From a virus: a stretch of 64,000 nucleotides of DNA. The notes under the pieces were generated by a model that searched no databases, was not told the DNA's origin, and was given only the letters and a program-made list of their open reading frames with translations. Location of the stretch: positions 1 to 64,000 of the IMG/VR virus record IMGVR_UViG_3300036791_001355; one strand, given 5' to 3'. Below are positions 47,208-56,703 of the stretch, piece by piece (positions within the stretch are counted from its first letter, which is position 1; each line of letters opens with the position of its first letter). A program made the position numbers and the translations under genes.

Positions 47208-47534
47208 TTAGCTCCCTAGCTTGGCTTCCAGCGCCGCGATGCGCTGAATCAGCGGCTGCACCATGCCGTCGAGATAGGCTTTCGGCACCGCGTCGTAGGG
47301 CTCGACCGGTGCCGTGCGGGGCAGCTTCAGCGGCTCGATCTGGCTGGGGTCGGGCAGGGTGGGAGGCGGCGGCGGATCGGGCACGTTGCCCTCGGCCAAC
47401 CACGCCTCGTATTCGGCCCGGTCACGGTTAGCCGGATCGTTCGGGATGTGGGCCTGATCGGCGACGCGCAGGATGGTGTCCGAGACTTTCGTCGGGTCCA
47501 TGCCGTCGCGAATCTGCTGGTAGGGTTGGGCCAT
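47208..47534 (-). CDS. Tail fibre assembly-like protein
   Basis: IPNDPANRDRAEYEAWLAEGNVPDP. Confidence 0.65.
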   Translation of the reverse strand: MAQPYQQIRDGMDPTKVSDTILRVADQAHIPNDPANRDRAEYEAWLAEGNVPDPPPPPTLPDPSQIEPLKLPRTAPVEPYDAVPKAYLDGMVQPLIQRIAALEAKLGS

Positions 47535-47535
47535 G

Positions 47536-48597
47536 TCAGATGTCCGCCGAGGCTGTAATGGTAAAATTCATACAGTTGTATCCAGCGGCATTAGCATTGG
47601 CTATCACAGTCACGCCGCATCCAAGAGGCGTTAGGCTCACAAATGATGTTGGGCTACCTGTAGTGCCATAGTTGTTTAACATTACACACGTTGCACTAGC
47701 TCGCATAGGCACCGGAAAATAGATACTGGAATATAGTTGCCCGCCCGCGGCAGCCGCATATAAACCGTTTACTGCTACCTGCGTAGGGCAATAAAACCGT
47801 TGGCAGCGTTGAAGGTCTGTCATCCAGTCAATTTTCTCCAACGGAGTCATTACATTTCCGACCTCAAGCTGCATACCCCAGAGTTGCACTACGCCGCTCT
47901 GCACGCCGATATTGCCAGCACTAGGACCGTTAGTGGTGCCGCTAGAGAAAAATATCTGAATTATCGTGAAGTCAGTACCGAGATTAGTGCCTAGCGTCTT
48001 CCCAACTGTAGTCGGGATCGTCATTGTTACGCTGTAGCGAGCAGCGCTCGTGGTGATTGGCACGGCGGTGCCCGTGGGAGAAAACGAAACTGCGGTTGAC
48101 GGTGATCCTCCGGTGCCAAAAGACTGATAGCCATTGATGCCAAGCTTCAGGGCCGCGCCAGCCGACGCCAAGAAGCTCAGGGTCACGGTCTTGCCGCCAA
48201 GTCTGCGCACGTTCTCTATCGCGTGAACGATTTCATTGTATGCACCGGCTGCAGCATTGCCGGTGAAGGTATTCTGAAGAAGATATTGCACGGCGTCATC
48301 GCCAACTACCGAACGCCAGCCATCAGTAGCTTGGATCAGATTAACGCTGGCCGTATCCGACGAGACATTCAGCGCCCACCGATCCGCCGTATAAGTCGCG
48401 GTCGTGGTCCACGGCCCAGCCCCACGTTGCTGGATATTGAAATACGGGTTATGCAGGAGGTTCCGTCCCGCATTATTAACGAACTGCGCCGCCGGGCTGC
48501 CACTAACCCACTTCACCCCATCGTAGGTGTAGGTCAGCCCGTTGGAGCCGAGGACGGTCTGGCCGATGGTCAGCGGGGGATTGGGGAAATCGAACAT
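47536..48597 (-). CDS. Fibre/receptor-binding protein, paralog 3 (CBM-like core)
   Basis: GRNLLHNPYFNIQQRG..ADRW...LQRCQRFY...SADI. Confidence 0.7.
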   Translation of the reverse strand: MFDFPNPPLTIGQTVLGSNGLTYTYDGVKWVSGSPAAQFVNNAGRNLLHNPYFNIQQRGAGPWTTTATYTADRWALNVSSDTASVNLIQATDGWRSVVGDDAVQYLLQNTFTGNAAAGAYNEIVHAIENVRRLGGKTVTLSFLASAGAALKLGINGYQSFGTGGSPSTAVSFSPTGTAVPITTSAARYSVTMTIPTTVGKTLGTNLGTDFTIIQIFFSSGTTNGPSAGNIGVQSGVVQLWGMQLEVGNVMTPLEKIDWMTDLQRCQRFYCPTQVAVNGLYAAAAGGQLYSSIYFPVPMRASATCVMLNNYGTTGSPTSFVSLTPLGCGVTVIANANAAGYNCMNFTITASADI

Positions 48598-48600
48598 GGG

Positions 48601-49866
48601 TCAGAGGTCCGCCGACGCTGTCCAGTTAAATACGCCATAACCACCACCTGTCGCTGTGACAGCAACCACGCAAGTAAACCCAGTAACGTCGTTATCAGCC
48701 ATCCTCGCCCCAGAACAATTCGAATAGGCTGGGGTGCCTATCACTGCCGTTGTTGGTGCTGCTCTCATCTGTACAGGAAGGCACCATGTGTTTCCTACCG
48801 TGCCTCCAGCCGAGCTGTTGCTGAAACAGACAACATACTTTCCTGTTTGGAAAAACCGTTGGCAGCGCTGAAGATCGAGCATCGGATCGATTTTCTCTAA
48901 CGGCGTCATTACGGTGCCGACCTCACACTGGGCACCCCACAAGCTGACGGTACCGGACTGCACCCCAATATTGCCTGCGTTGTTCGCGTAGGTACTCCCG
49001 GAGGATAGCCAGAACGCCACCTGCAAGTAGCTGTCATTGTTGGTGCCGTAGGTCATGCCAGCCGTGCTCGGGAGCGTGGCGGTCACGCTGTACCGCCGCC
49101 ATGTCGTTGTGAGTGCGACCGGTGTTCCGGTGGGCCGGATCATTGCAGAGGGCGATCCGCCAGTACCAAAGAGCAGCAAATTGCCAACGCCCACTGACAG
49201 CGGCGTCGCGCTGCACATTGCCCAGAAACTGGTAGTGATCGTTTTGCCAGACAGACGATGAAGATTCTCTATCTGTTGGATTATCTGATGGTAATCGCCT
49301 GCGGCACCAGTGCCGGTAAAGGTATCGACCACCTTATAGAGCGCTGCCTCATCGCCGATGGCGGCACGATCAGCATCGGTCATCGCGGTCAGGCTCATGC
49401 TGCCGCTACCGCCGCTCCACCCGATGCTCCAGCGATCAGCCGTAAATCCGGGCGTCGTGAAGGAAGTACCGCGCTGCTGAATATTAAAATATGGATTGTG
49501 CAGGGCATTCCTGCCGACGTTATAGCCGCTCTGCGCGCTGGTGACCCCGGTCACCCATTGCGCGTTCTGGCGCAGGTAGGCGTTGGCGTCCTGCGGTGCG
49601 TCGGCCAGCGTGCCCTGCGGGGTGGCGGGCACCCATTGCGAGCTGTTACCATCGTTGTAGTACAGCATCAGGGCCAGCCCGATGCTGTCCCACCAGAGCT
49701 GCCCGTTGGCCGGATTGGCGGGCGGGCTGTCGCCGACCGCCAGCGCGTTGCCGCCCGTCACCAGCCACTTGGTGCCGTCGTACAGCCAGGAGGTGGCGCC
49801 GTTCGGGCTGGTATAGGTCTGGCCAGTGGTGACCGGCGGGTCGGGGAAGTTGAGGGCGCCCGACAT
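48601..49866 (-). CDS. Fibre/receptor-binding protein, paralog 2
   Basis: GRNALHNPYFNIQQRG..ADRW...LQRCQRFF...SADL. Confidence 0.7.
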   Translation of the reverse strand: MSGALNFPDPPVTTGQTYTSPNGATSWLYDGTKWLVTGGNALAVGDSPPANPANGQLWWDSIGLALMLYYNDGNSSQWVPATPQGTLADAPQDANAYLRQNAQWVTGVTSAQSGYNVGRNALHNPYFNIQQRGTSFTTPGFTADRWSIGWSGGSGSMSLTAMTDADRAAIGDEAALYKVVDTFTGTGAAGDYHQIIQQIENLHRLSGKTITTSFWAMCSATPLSVGVGNLLLFGTGGSPSAMIRPTGTPVALTTTWRRYSVTATLPSTAGMTYGTNNDSYLQVAFWLSSGSTYANNAGNIGVQSGTVSLWGAQCEVGTVMTPLEKIDPMLDLQRCQRFFQTGKYVVCFSNSSAGGTVGNTWCLPVQMRAAPTTAVIGTPAYSNCSGARMADNDVTGFTCVVAVTATGGGYGVFNWTASADL

Positions 49867-51143
49867 CAGAGATCGGCCGAGGCTGTATAGCCAGAGGTAA
49901 CTTGCCCCCCTCCAGTAGCGGTAAAGGTAAACCAGTAACCAATACCGTTGGCATCGAGAGCCGCTGTAGCGAGGGCCGAACCGTTGGTATAAGCGATGTT
50001 GTAAAGCCCCACAGTGGGTGCGGCTCGCATTGGAACGGGAAACAACATACGACTAGCGGGGCCTTGGCCGGCAACGTGATAGCCCGCTAAATAGATTGCA
50101 CCAACCTGATAAAAGCGTTGGCAGCGCTGAAGGTCAGTCATGGGGTCAATTTTCTCTAGCGGGGTCATTACGTTTCCGACCTCGATCTGGACTCCCCAGA
50201 GGTTGATGGCGCCGGATTGGACGCCGACGTTGCCGGCACGAGTAGCGAGAGCCGAACCGGCAGTTGGCCAAAAGTTAAAATTCGTATAGTCATTGGCATT
50301 CGTGCCAAGTGTCATACCCGCCGCACTCGGCAATGAAAGCGTCAATGAGTAGCGGGCAAATGCCGTTGTCATTGTCACCGCTTGCCCAGAACCAAGGACG
50401 CTGGAGGACGGCGAGCCGCCAGTGCCGAAACTCTGATCTAATGAGACACCTAATTTCAGTCCCGCTGATGATGCGATAGCCCAGAATGACACCGTGACCG
50501 TCTTGCCAGCCAGTCGCCTCACTCCTTCGATACGTTCAGAGAAGTAAGCATGATCACTGGCGCCGGACGTTCCAGTGAACTGGATACCGGCGACGTTGGT
50601 GCAACTCTCATCACCGATTTGCGAACGATTGGCGTCGGTTGCGACGTTCTGTGTCACAGACATTGACGCGCCCGTGCCATAGAAGCCCATCACCCAACGG
50701 TCCATGGTGTAAGCACCACTCACCGTCCAGTTTCCCGACCCGCGCTGAGCGACGTTGAAATATGGGTTCTGGATGACATTGCGACCAACGTTGTCCGCCA
50801 CTGCTGGGAGCGTCGCTACCTGGGTCCACGCTGCCGCGCGCCGGGCATAGGCATAGGCATCGTTGGGCGCGTCGGCCATGCCGCCGGTCAGCTGGTTGAC
50901 CGCCACCACCCACTGTTTCGAGGTGCCATCGTCGATGTAGACGAAAAGCTGGCCCGACACGGTATCCCACCACTCGTTTCCATTGCTCGGGTTGGCTGGA
51001 GGGGTGGCCCCGACGGTGATGCTGGCGCTGCCGCCGCTACCCCCGCCGGTGATCGGCATCCACTTGATGCCGTCGTACAGCCACGACGCGCCGCCGCCGG
51101 TAAAGACGGTGTTGACCGGCGGATTGGCGGGGAAGTCCAGCAT
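49866..51143 (-). CDS. Fibre/receptor-binding protein, paralog 1
   Basis: GRNVIQNPYFNVAQRG..MDRW...LQRCQRFY...SADL. Confidence 0.7.
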   Translation of the reverse strand: MLDFPANPPVNTVFTGGGASWLYDGIKWMPITGGGSGGSASITVGATPPANPSNGNEWWDTVSGQLFVYIDDGTSKQWVVAVNQLTGGMADAPNDAYAYARRAAAWTQVATLPAVADNVGRNVIQNPYFNVAQRGSGNWTVSGAYTMDRWVMGFYGTGASMSVTQNVATDANRSQIGDESCTNVAGIQFTGTSGASDHAYFSERIEGVRRLAGKTVTVSFWAIASSAGLKLGVSLDQSFGTGGSPSSSVLGSGQAVTMTTAFARYSLTLSLPSAAGMTLGTNANDYTNFNFWPTAGSALATRAGNVGVQSGAINLWGVQIEVGNVMTPLEKIDPMTDLQRCQRFYQVGAIYLAGYHVAGQGPASRMLFPVPMRAAPTVGLYNIAYTNGSALATAALDANGIGYWFTFTATGGGQVTSGYTASADL

Positions 51144-52967
51144 TCACCGCGCTTCCAGCGCCGCTACCCGCGCCACCAGGGCCTCGTTCTGCGCCGCCAG
51201 CTGCTCGACCATGGCGCTGAGTTCCTGCACCGCGTTGACCATGGCGTAGTCGAGCCGCTCGGTTCTGATGTGGCGCATGTCATCGACTTCCTCGCCATCG
51301 ACATAGCCCGGGTGGCGATAGATCAGCTCCGGCCAGAACTCCTCGGCATCCTGGGCAACGATCCCCGCATGCACAGTGGTGGTATCGCGGGGCTGCCTGG
51401 GCGGGGCAGGGTCCAACTGCGGATCGCGCTTGGGATTGTCGTCGTTGCCCTTCCATGTGAAGTCCATCACCTTGAGGCGCTTGATCTCATCGAGTCCGCG
51501 CTGGTGCGGACCGATGACGTTCTTGATCCGCGCGTCGCTGGTATTGGCAACGATGTAGCAGTAGTTGCCGCCGTCGATGTAGAGGTAGGTGGCGTGGTTG
51601 CCGTCGATGGACGCCATGAACCAATGGCCGGTGGCCGAGAAATAAACGCCGTTGCCGTTGTTGGACTGACAGCCGCCATTGCAGACGCACTGCCCGTCTA
51701 CCTGGGCGGTGCCTGTCGTATGCATGTAGGTGCAGGTGACTGCGGCGCGTGGCCAAATGTTGCCGGCAGTATCAATGTAGAAATTAGTCGTGCCGTTCTC
51801 GACGAAAGTCCAATTGCCGTTGCTGGAGTCGCGATTGAGACGATAGGCCCAGTTATTCGGCGAGATGCCGCAATTGCTGCCGGTGCAGTAAAACACGTCG
51901 CCCGTGCTGCAGGCGGCGTTGGAATGCATGGAACCATTGACCTGCAAATTCCCGTAAGAAGCCAGATAGTTCGCGTACATCCCCTGCGCCACCAGCGCAT
52001 TGCCAGAGCTGTCGATGTGCATCCGTTCCGCACCGGCACTGTTGTCCCACACCGTCCAGTTGCCATTATTGAAACAGCCGGTCAGCCAAGAGCGGACGTT
52101 CGTGCAAGTAAAGTCAACACAGGCATGGTTGGCTTGCGGCGAGGTGAGGTAAAGGTAACCCGCTGAATTAACGGAGAGTGTGTTATTGACGGTCAGAGTG
52201 CCGTCCGCCTGCATATTGCCAGTGCTGTGGACATAGCCCCCGGTCAGGGTGCTGCTGGCGGTAACGTTGGTCGTGCTCAGCGTGCCCGTCGCCGACAGGC
52301 TCATCACCGACGTCCACGTCACCTGCGCACCGGCCGCGCCAGCGGGGGCGTTCAGCCAAGCGAAGCTGCCATCGGGCTGGGATTGCGTGGCCGAGGCCGC
52401 GCTGGTGCCGAGATATCTGAACAGTCCGGTGGTGTTGGAGATATACGCCCCCGAGACCAGTCGCGCGTTCAGCCCGGATGGCGCCACCGCGCCCGCGCCT
52501 GCCGTCATCAGCGTGCCGGGCAGGGCGTCGGCGGGAATGGCGGTGCCGCCCAGCCCCAGGCTGCCGGGGCCGTTCAGCGTGCCGCCGCTGATCGGCAGCA
52601 CCTGCCACCAGCCATTCTGGTAGCGGCCATAGGTATGGCTGTCGACCGGCGCATCGGCGATGCCGCTGCTATTGGAGGCGGCCACCCACTGACTCGTATT
52701 TGGATCGGTATAGTAAATGAAAAGCTGGCCCGAGACGCTGTCCCACCACAGTTTCCCCGCTGTCGGGGAGGCGGGCGCGGTGTCGGAGATGGTCACCGAC
52801 ATGACGTAGGACTGGAGATAGCGCAGCGGCACGGCATCGAGCGGCTGCACCGGGTCTTGGTAGAGGGTGAAGCCGCCCTGCATGATGCCGCCCGCCAGCA
52901 GCAGACGGGCGTTCAGGGCCGCGTTGACCTCGTTGGCATCGGCGGGCTGACCGGGCGAGATCGGCAT
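51144..52967 (-). CDS. Tail fibre with peptidase S74 intramolecular chaperone
   Basis: TSDARIKNV...GIVAQD...VNAVQELSA. Confidence 0.8.
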   Translation of the reverse strand: MPISPGQPADANEVNAALNARLLLAGGIMQGGFTLYQDPVQPLDAVPLRYLQSYVMSVTISDTAPASPTAGKLWWDSVSGQLFIYYTDPNTSQWVAASNSSGIADAPVDSHTYGRYQNGWWQVLPISGGTLNGPGSLGLGGTAIPADALPGTLMTAGAGAVAPSGLNARLVSGAYISNTTGLFRYLGTSAASATQSQPDGSFAWLNAPAGAAGAQVTWTSVMSLSATGTLSTTNVTASSTLTGGYVHSTGNMQADGTLTVNNTLSVNSAGYLYLTSPQANHACVDFTCTNVRSWLTGCFNNGNWTVWDNSAGAERMHIDSSGNALVAQGMYANYLASYGNLQVNGSMHSNAACSTGDVFYCTGSNCGISPNNWAYRLNRDSSNGNWTFVENGTTNFYIDTAGNIWPRAAVTCTYMHTTGTAQVDGQCVCNGGCQSNNGNGVYFSATGHWFMASIDGNHATYLYIDGGNYCYIVANTSDARIKNVIGPHQRGLDEIKRLKVMDFTWKGNDDNPKRDPQLDPAPPRQPRDTTTVHAGIVAQDAEEFWPELIYRHPGYVDGEEVDDMRHIRTERLDYAMVNAVQELSAMVEQLAAQNEALVARVAALEAR

Positions 52968-52968
52968 G

Positions 52969-54156
52969 TCAGCGCGCCTCCAACGCCGCCACGCGGGCGG
53001 TCAGTTCCTGCACCGCGTTGATCAGCGCGAAATTCAGCTGCTCCAGGCGCAGATAGCGCAGATCGTCGACCGCGTTGCCGTCGATATGGCCCTGACGGCG
53101 GGCCACCAGTTCGGGCCAGAACTCCTCGACGTCCTGCGCCATGATGCCAGGGTGCACCGTGGTGGTGTCGCGGGGCGGCAGGTCCGGGGCAGGCGATACT
53201 TTCTCTGCCGCGCTGGGATCGTCGTCGTTGCCCTTCCACGTGTAGTCCATCACCCGCAGACGGTTGATGTCGGCCAGCCCGCGCTGATGCGGCCCGACCA
53301 CGTTCTTAATCCTGGCGTCGCTGGTGTTGGCGGTGATGTAGCACCAGTTCCGGCCATCGACGTAAAGATAGGTGGTGCCGTTGCCGTCCACCGAGGCCAT
53401 GAACCAATGACCGACGGCGGAGAAATAGACGCCCTGGCTGCCGTTGGACTGACAGCCGCCATTGGCAATTAGCTGGCCGTCGATCTGCCCGTTGCCGGTC
53501 GAATGCACGTAGCCGCCCTGCACCGTGCCGCCGCAGGTCAGGTTGCTATTGGCATTCACCGTGCCGTTGACCTGGGCGCCGCCGTCGATCTGCAAGCTGC
53601 CGGTGGAGTGAATCCAGCCGCCGACCAGGGAGTTGGGCGTGGAGATATTGCCCTGGCACCAGAGATTGCCGCTGCCATCGAGCGTGGCATACCAGTTGCC
53701 ATTCATCGACCAGATGCGCATGCCGTCGCTCTCGCGCCAGCAATCGTACCAGTTGGCGGCCCAGTTCAGCAGCCGCAGGTTGCCTGAGCGACCGAGGTAG
53801 AAATCACTGACCTGATTATAGGCGGCGTTGACGTTGTTGTCGCATAACGTGCTGCCGCCGATGTGGTGATGGTTGCCGCCCGCGCCGCCGATGGTGAAGC
53901 GGTAAGAGCCGGCGGTCTCATCAGCGATGGCAAGGGTGCCGGTGTTGTCGCAGCCCGCCGACCACGTGCGCGCGCCCGCCACGGTGTAGCGGATGCGCGA
54001 GTAGAAGCCACTCGGCACGTTGACATTGATGGGATCGCTGCCGGGGGCATTCATCGCCACCGGCCCGGTGAGTATGCCGCCCGCCAGCGCGAGGCGTGCG
54101 TTGATCGCGTTGTTGACATCCGCCGCGAGCGCGGGCTGGCCGGTGACGATTGCCAT
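52969..54156 (-). CDS. Tail fibre with peptidase S74 intramolecular chaperone
   Basis: TSDARIKNV...GIMAQDVEE...INAVQEL. Confidence 0.8.
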   Translation of the reverse strand: MAIVTGQPALAADVNNAINARLALAGGILTGPVAMNAPGSDPINVNVPSGFYSRIRYTVAGARTWSAGCDNTGTLAIADETAGSYRFTIGGAGGNHHHIGGSTLCDNNVNAAYNQVSDFYLGRSGNLRLLNWAANWYDCWRESDGMRIWSMNGNWYATLDGSGNLWCQGNISTPNSLVGGWIHSTGSLQIDGGAQVNGTVNANSNLTCGGTVQGGYVHSTGNGQIDGQLIANGGCQSNGSQGVYFSAVGHWFMASVDGNGTTYLYVDGRNWCYITANTSDARIKNVVGPHQRGLADINRLRVMDYTWKGNDDDPSAAEKVSPAPDLPPRDTTTVHPGIMAQDVEEFWPELVARRQGHIDGNAVDDLRYLRLEQLNFALINAVQELTARVAALEAR

Positions 54157-54165
54157 GACCGGTCC

Positions 54166-54564
54166 CTATGCCAACGTAATGACTAGCGATCCCACGGCGA
54201 TGACGAGGCTGTCACCCGAAGCCAGCGTGCGCGCCGTCGCCAAGGTGCCGTAGTAGAGCATGTTGCCCGCTGCCGCCGCCGTGGTGTCCCACACCTGAAT
54301 GCCGGTGATGGCCGCCGATGACAGCGCCGGACCGAAGGTCATGGCCGACGAGTTCGAGGCGCTGCCCGCAGGCGAGGAGGCGCCGGGGAACGGACAGGTG
54401 GCGCGGCTCAGCCCCGAGCCGGTGCCGATCTCCGATCCGGAGACGGAACTGGGCGCCCCCAGCGCCAACCCCACCGACCAGTTGGCCGGCCGCGTCGGGA
54501 TCGCCCCGCCGAGGCTCCAGTCCAGCATAGCCTTTTGCATGTACGCAGCGATCCCGGCCATCAC
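54166..54564 (-). CDS. Small virion/tail structural protein
   Basis: WDTTAAAAGNMLYYGTLATARTLASGDSL. Confidence 0.65.
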   Translation of the reverse strand: MMAGIAAYMQKAMLDWSLGGAIPTRPANWSVGLALGAPSSVSGSEIGTGSGLSRATCPFPGASSPAGSASNSSAMTFGPALSSAAITGIQVWDTTAAAAGNMLYYGTLATARTLASGDSLVIAVGSLVITLA

Positions 54565-55319
54565 TCTGTCTCCTTGATATCCTCGCGTATCGGGTCGGCT
54601 TCATGTACCGCGAGATAGCTCATGAAGCAGGGAAGCAGGACGTAGCCGCGCTCTTCCAGCCACGCGCGCAGCGCCGCGTCGTCGCTCTTGATCTTCTCGA
54701 TCAGCATCACGGGATGGAAGGTGCGTAGCAGCGCATTGGCGCCCTGCAGCACCGCCAGTTCCATGCCCTCGACATCGAGCTTGATGAAATCCACCCGCAG
54801 GATCGGCACTTCATCCAGCGGGATCGACGGCACCGGCATGGTGCGGCTGATGTCCTGGCCGATGTTCTCGCCAGGACGGTCCTCGCCCAACTCGACGCTG
54901 CCATAGCTGCCCGGTTGGTCATAGTCGGGCTGCGGCACATCGACCCAGCCGACACGGTCGCTGAGCACGTTCAGACGCGCGCTGGCGTTGGTCAGGTTGT
55001 TGAGGCAGATGTTGCCCGCCAGGGCATAGAACAGCCGCTCCTGGGCTTCTATGGCCAGCACACGGCCCCATCCCTGCATCACCCGTGCCATGGCCAGCGT
55101 GTGGGTGCCGATATTGGCCCCGGCATCGACCGCCATGACGCCGTCGCCCCGGTATTTGCGCCGCAGCCGCAGCAGTTCGCAGCACAGCGACACCTCGGCG
55201 GGATCGAAGCTGCCGGTGTCCAATAGCTGGCCGCCAACGCCTTGCCAGCCGGGACCGTAATCGAGCCGGGGCACCAGCATGCTGCCGTGCTCGGTGGCGG
55301 CCAGCACAAAGGCGATCAC
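54561..55319 (-). CDS. FkbM family methyltransferase
   Basis: VDAGANIGTHT, AIEAQ, VDFIKLDVEGMELAVLQGA; GTGA coupling. Confidence 0.85.
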   Translation of the reverse strand: MIAFVLAATEHGSMLVPRLDYGPGWQGVGGQLLDTGSFDPAEVSLCCELLRLRRKYRGDGVMAVDAGANIGTHTLAMARVMQGWGRVLAIEAQERLFYALAGNICLNNLTNASARLNVLSDRVGWVDVPQPDYDQPGSYGSVELGEDRPGENIGQDISRTMPVPSIPLDEVPILRVDFIKLDVEGMELAVLQGANALLRTFHPVMLIEKIKSDDAALRAWLEERGYVLLPCFMSYLAVHEADPIREDIKETE

Positions 55320-56476
55320 TCCGCTGCCTGCGGCACCTCGGGCGCCGCCTGGGCGAACCACTTGGCGGTCTCCATCAGCTGCTCGGGGTTGATGTCAGCG
55401 ATGCACGCCGCCGCCTCCGCGTGCTCGGCTTTGCGACACGTTTCGATACTATCATGAAGGCGGTGGCATGGCCAGCACGGTACCCGCTCCTGATCGGCGT
55501 GCAGCGTCGCGGTGTAGCGCCAGTGCTTGGTGATGTTTTCCTCGCTGGCGTGGCTCAGCAGCACGATCTTGCCAATGTCCCCGCGCATCGCCACCGACCA
55601 CATCGGCCCGGTGTCGGGGCCGATCACCAGGGTGCACAGCCGCAGCTGCGACAGCGTGCGCCGGATCGGCCATAGCGGCTCGGGCTTGTCGGCGAGCTTG
55701 ATGTGCACCGCATCGGGTTCCACCGACCAGCCTTGCGTCTCGGTGCCGGGCGAAATGGCCTGATGCAGGCCGGCGAGCGAGCCGTTCTGCGCCTCCACTT
55801 GCTCCATGATCGCTTTCGAGATGGCGAAGTCACGCGGCCCGGAGCCGAACATGATGACCGGCCAGCCGATTTCCTTGATCAGCCGCGCCACCACCATCGA
55901 CGAGTAGGGATAGATTTTGTCGATGCGGCTGCCCGAGACGCACCAGCCGATGACCTCGGTGCTGCCGAGCTTGCGCTGCGTCGCCAACGCTTTGTCCCGC
56001 TCCTGCTCGGTGGGGAAAAAATCGGGCGCGAACTGATAGGGCACCTCGGCGATGTCGTGCACGTACTCGAGATAAGACCGCCCGCACAGCTTGCGACGCA
56101 TGGAATCCGGCCAGTTGAAAGCTGTCTGTGCCTGCACCAGGGCCAGCGCTACCTCGCAGGAATGGGAGAGATGCACGAACTTCGCCACTTCGCGGGCGCG
56201 GGCGGTGAACCATTGCTGCCATTCGATGCCGCCGTGCTGCGGCAGGTCTTCCGGCTTTTTGAGCACCAGCTTGGCGATGTGCGGGTTGTGCTCGAACACC
56301 GCCGATGCCGGTTCCTGGGTGATCACCTCGACGAGATAATCGCGCGCCAGCAGGGGCAGAATCGACGAGGCGATGAGGTTATCGCCGATGGAGCCCATGC
56401 GGCAGACGGTGGCCCACTGGGTCGCTCGAAAGCTCGCTCCCGCAGCGAGGTCGCTCGAAACCTCGCTCCCGGTCAC
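55316..56476 (-). CDS. Glycosyltransferase family 9-like protein
   Basis: RMGSIGDNL...NPHI...VIGPDTGPM...CWPC. Confidence 0.8.
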   Translation of the reverse strand: MTGSEVSSDLAAGASFRATQWATVCRMGSIGDNLIASSILPLLARDYLVEVITQEPASAVFEHNPHIAKLVLKKPEDLPQHGGIEWQQWFTARAREVAKFVHLSHSCEVALALVQAQTAFNWPDSMRRKLCGRSYLEYVHDIAEVPYQFAPDFFPTEQERDKALATQRKLGSTEVIGWCVSGSRIDKIYPYSSMVVARLIKEIGWPVIMFGSGPRDFAISKAIMEQVEAQNGSLAGLHQAISPGTETQGWSVEPDAVHIKLADKPEPLWPIRRTLSQLRLCTLVIGPDTGPMWSVAMRGDIGKIVLLSHASEENITKHWRYTATLHADQERVPCWPCHRLHDSIETCRKAEHAEAAACIADINPEQLMETAKWFAQAAPEVPQAAE

Positions 56477-56703
56477 CCCGCCGATGACCCCGAGCCCATG
56501 ATGGAGATTTCGCCCGGGCCGATGACATGGACGCGCCCCCCCGCATGGAGCGCAGCGGAGTGCGCTTCCTTGGCAGCCTGCGGTGGCGGCTCCTGGCGCG
56601 GCGGCTCCTTGGGCGGCTCCTCCTGCGGCAGTGGCGGCGGCTGCCCCGGCGGCGGCGGCTGCACTGGTTCCGGCGGCGGGTCGCCCGGCGGCTTGTCGCT
56701 CAT
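56473..56703 (-). CDS. Small Pro-rich protein
   Basis: ATGA/GTGA coupled on both sides. Confidence 0.4.
   Translation of the reverse strand: MSDKPPGDPPPEPVQPPPPGQPPPLPQEEPPKEPPRQEPPPQAAKEAHSAALHAGGRVHVIGPGEISIMGSGSSAG

Noticed and set aside
47536-51143. Diversity-generating retroelement or invertible shufflon acting on fibre paralogs
   Set aside because: No reverse transcriptase or invertase in the window, paralogs are all co-oriented, and differences are not adenine-restricted
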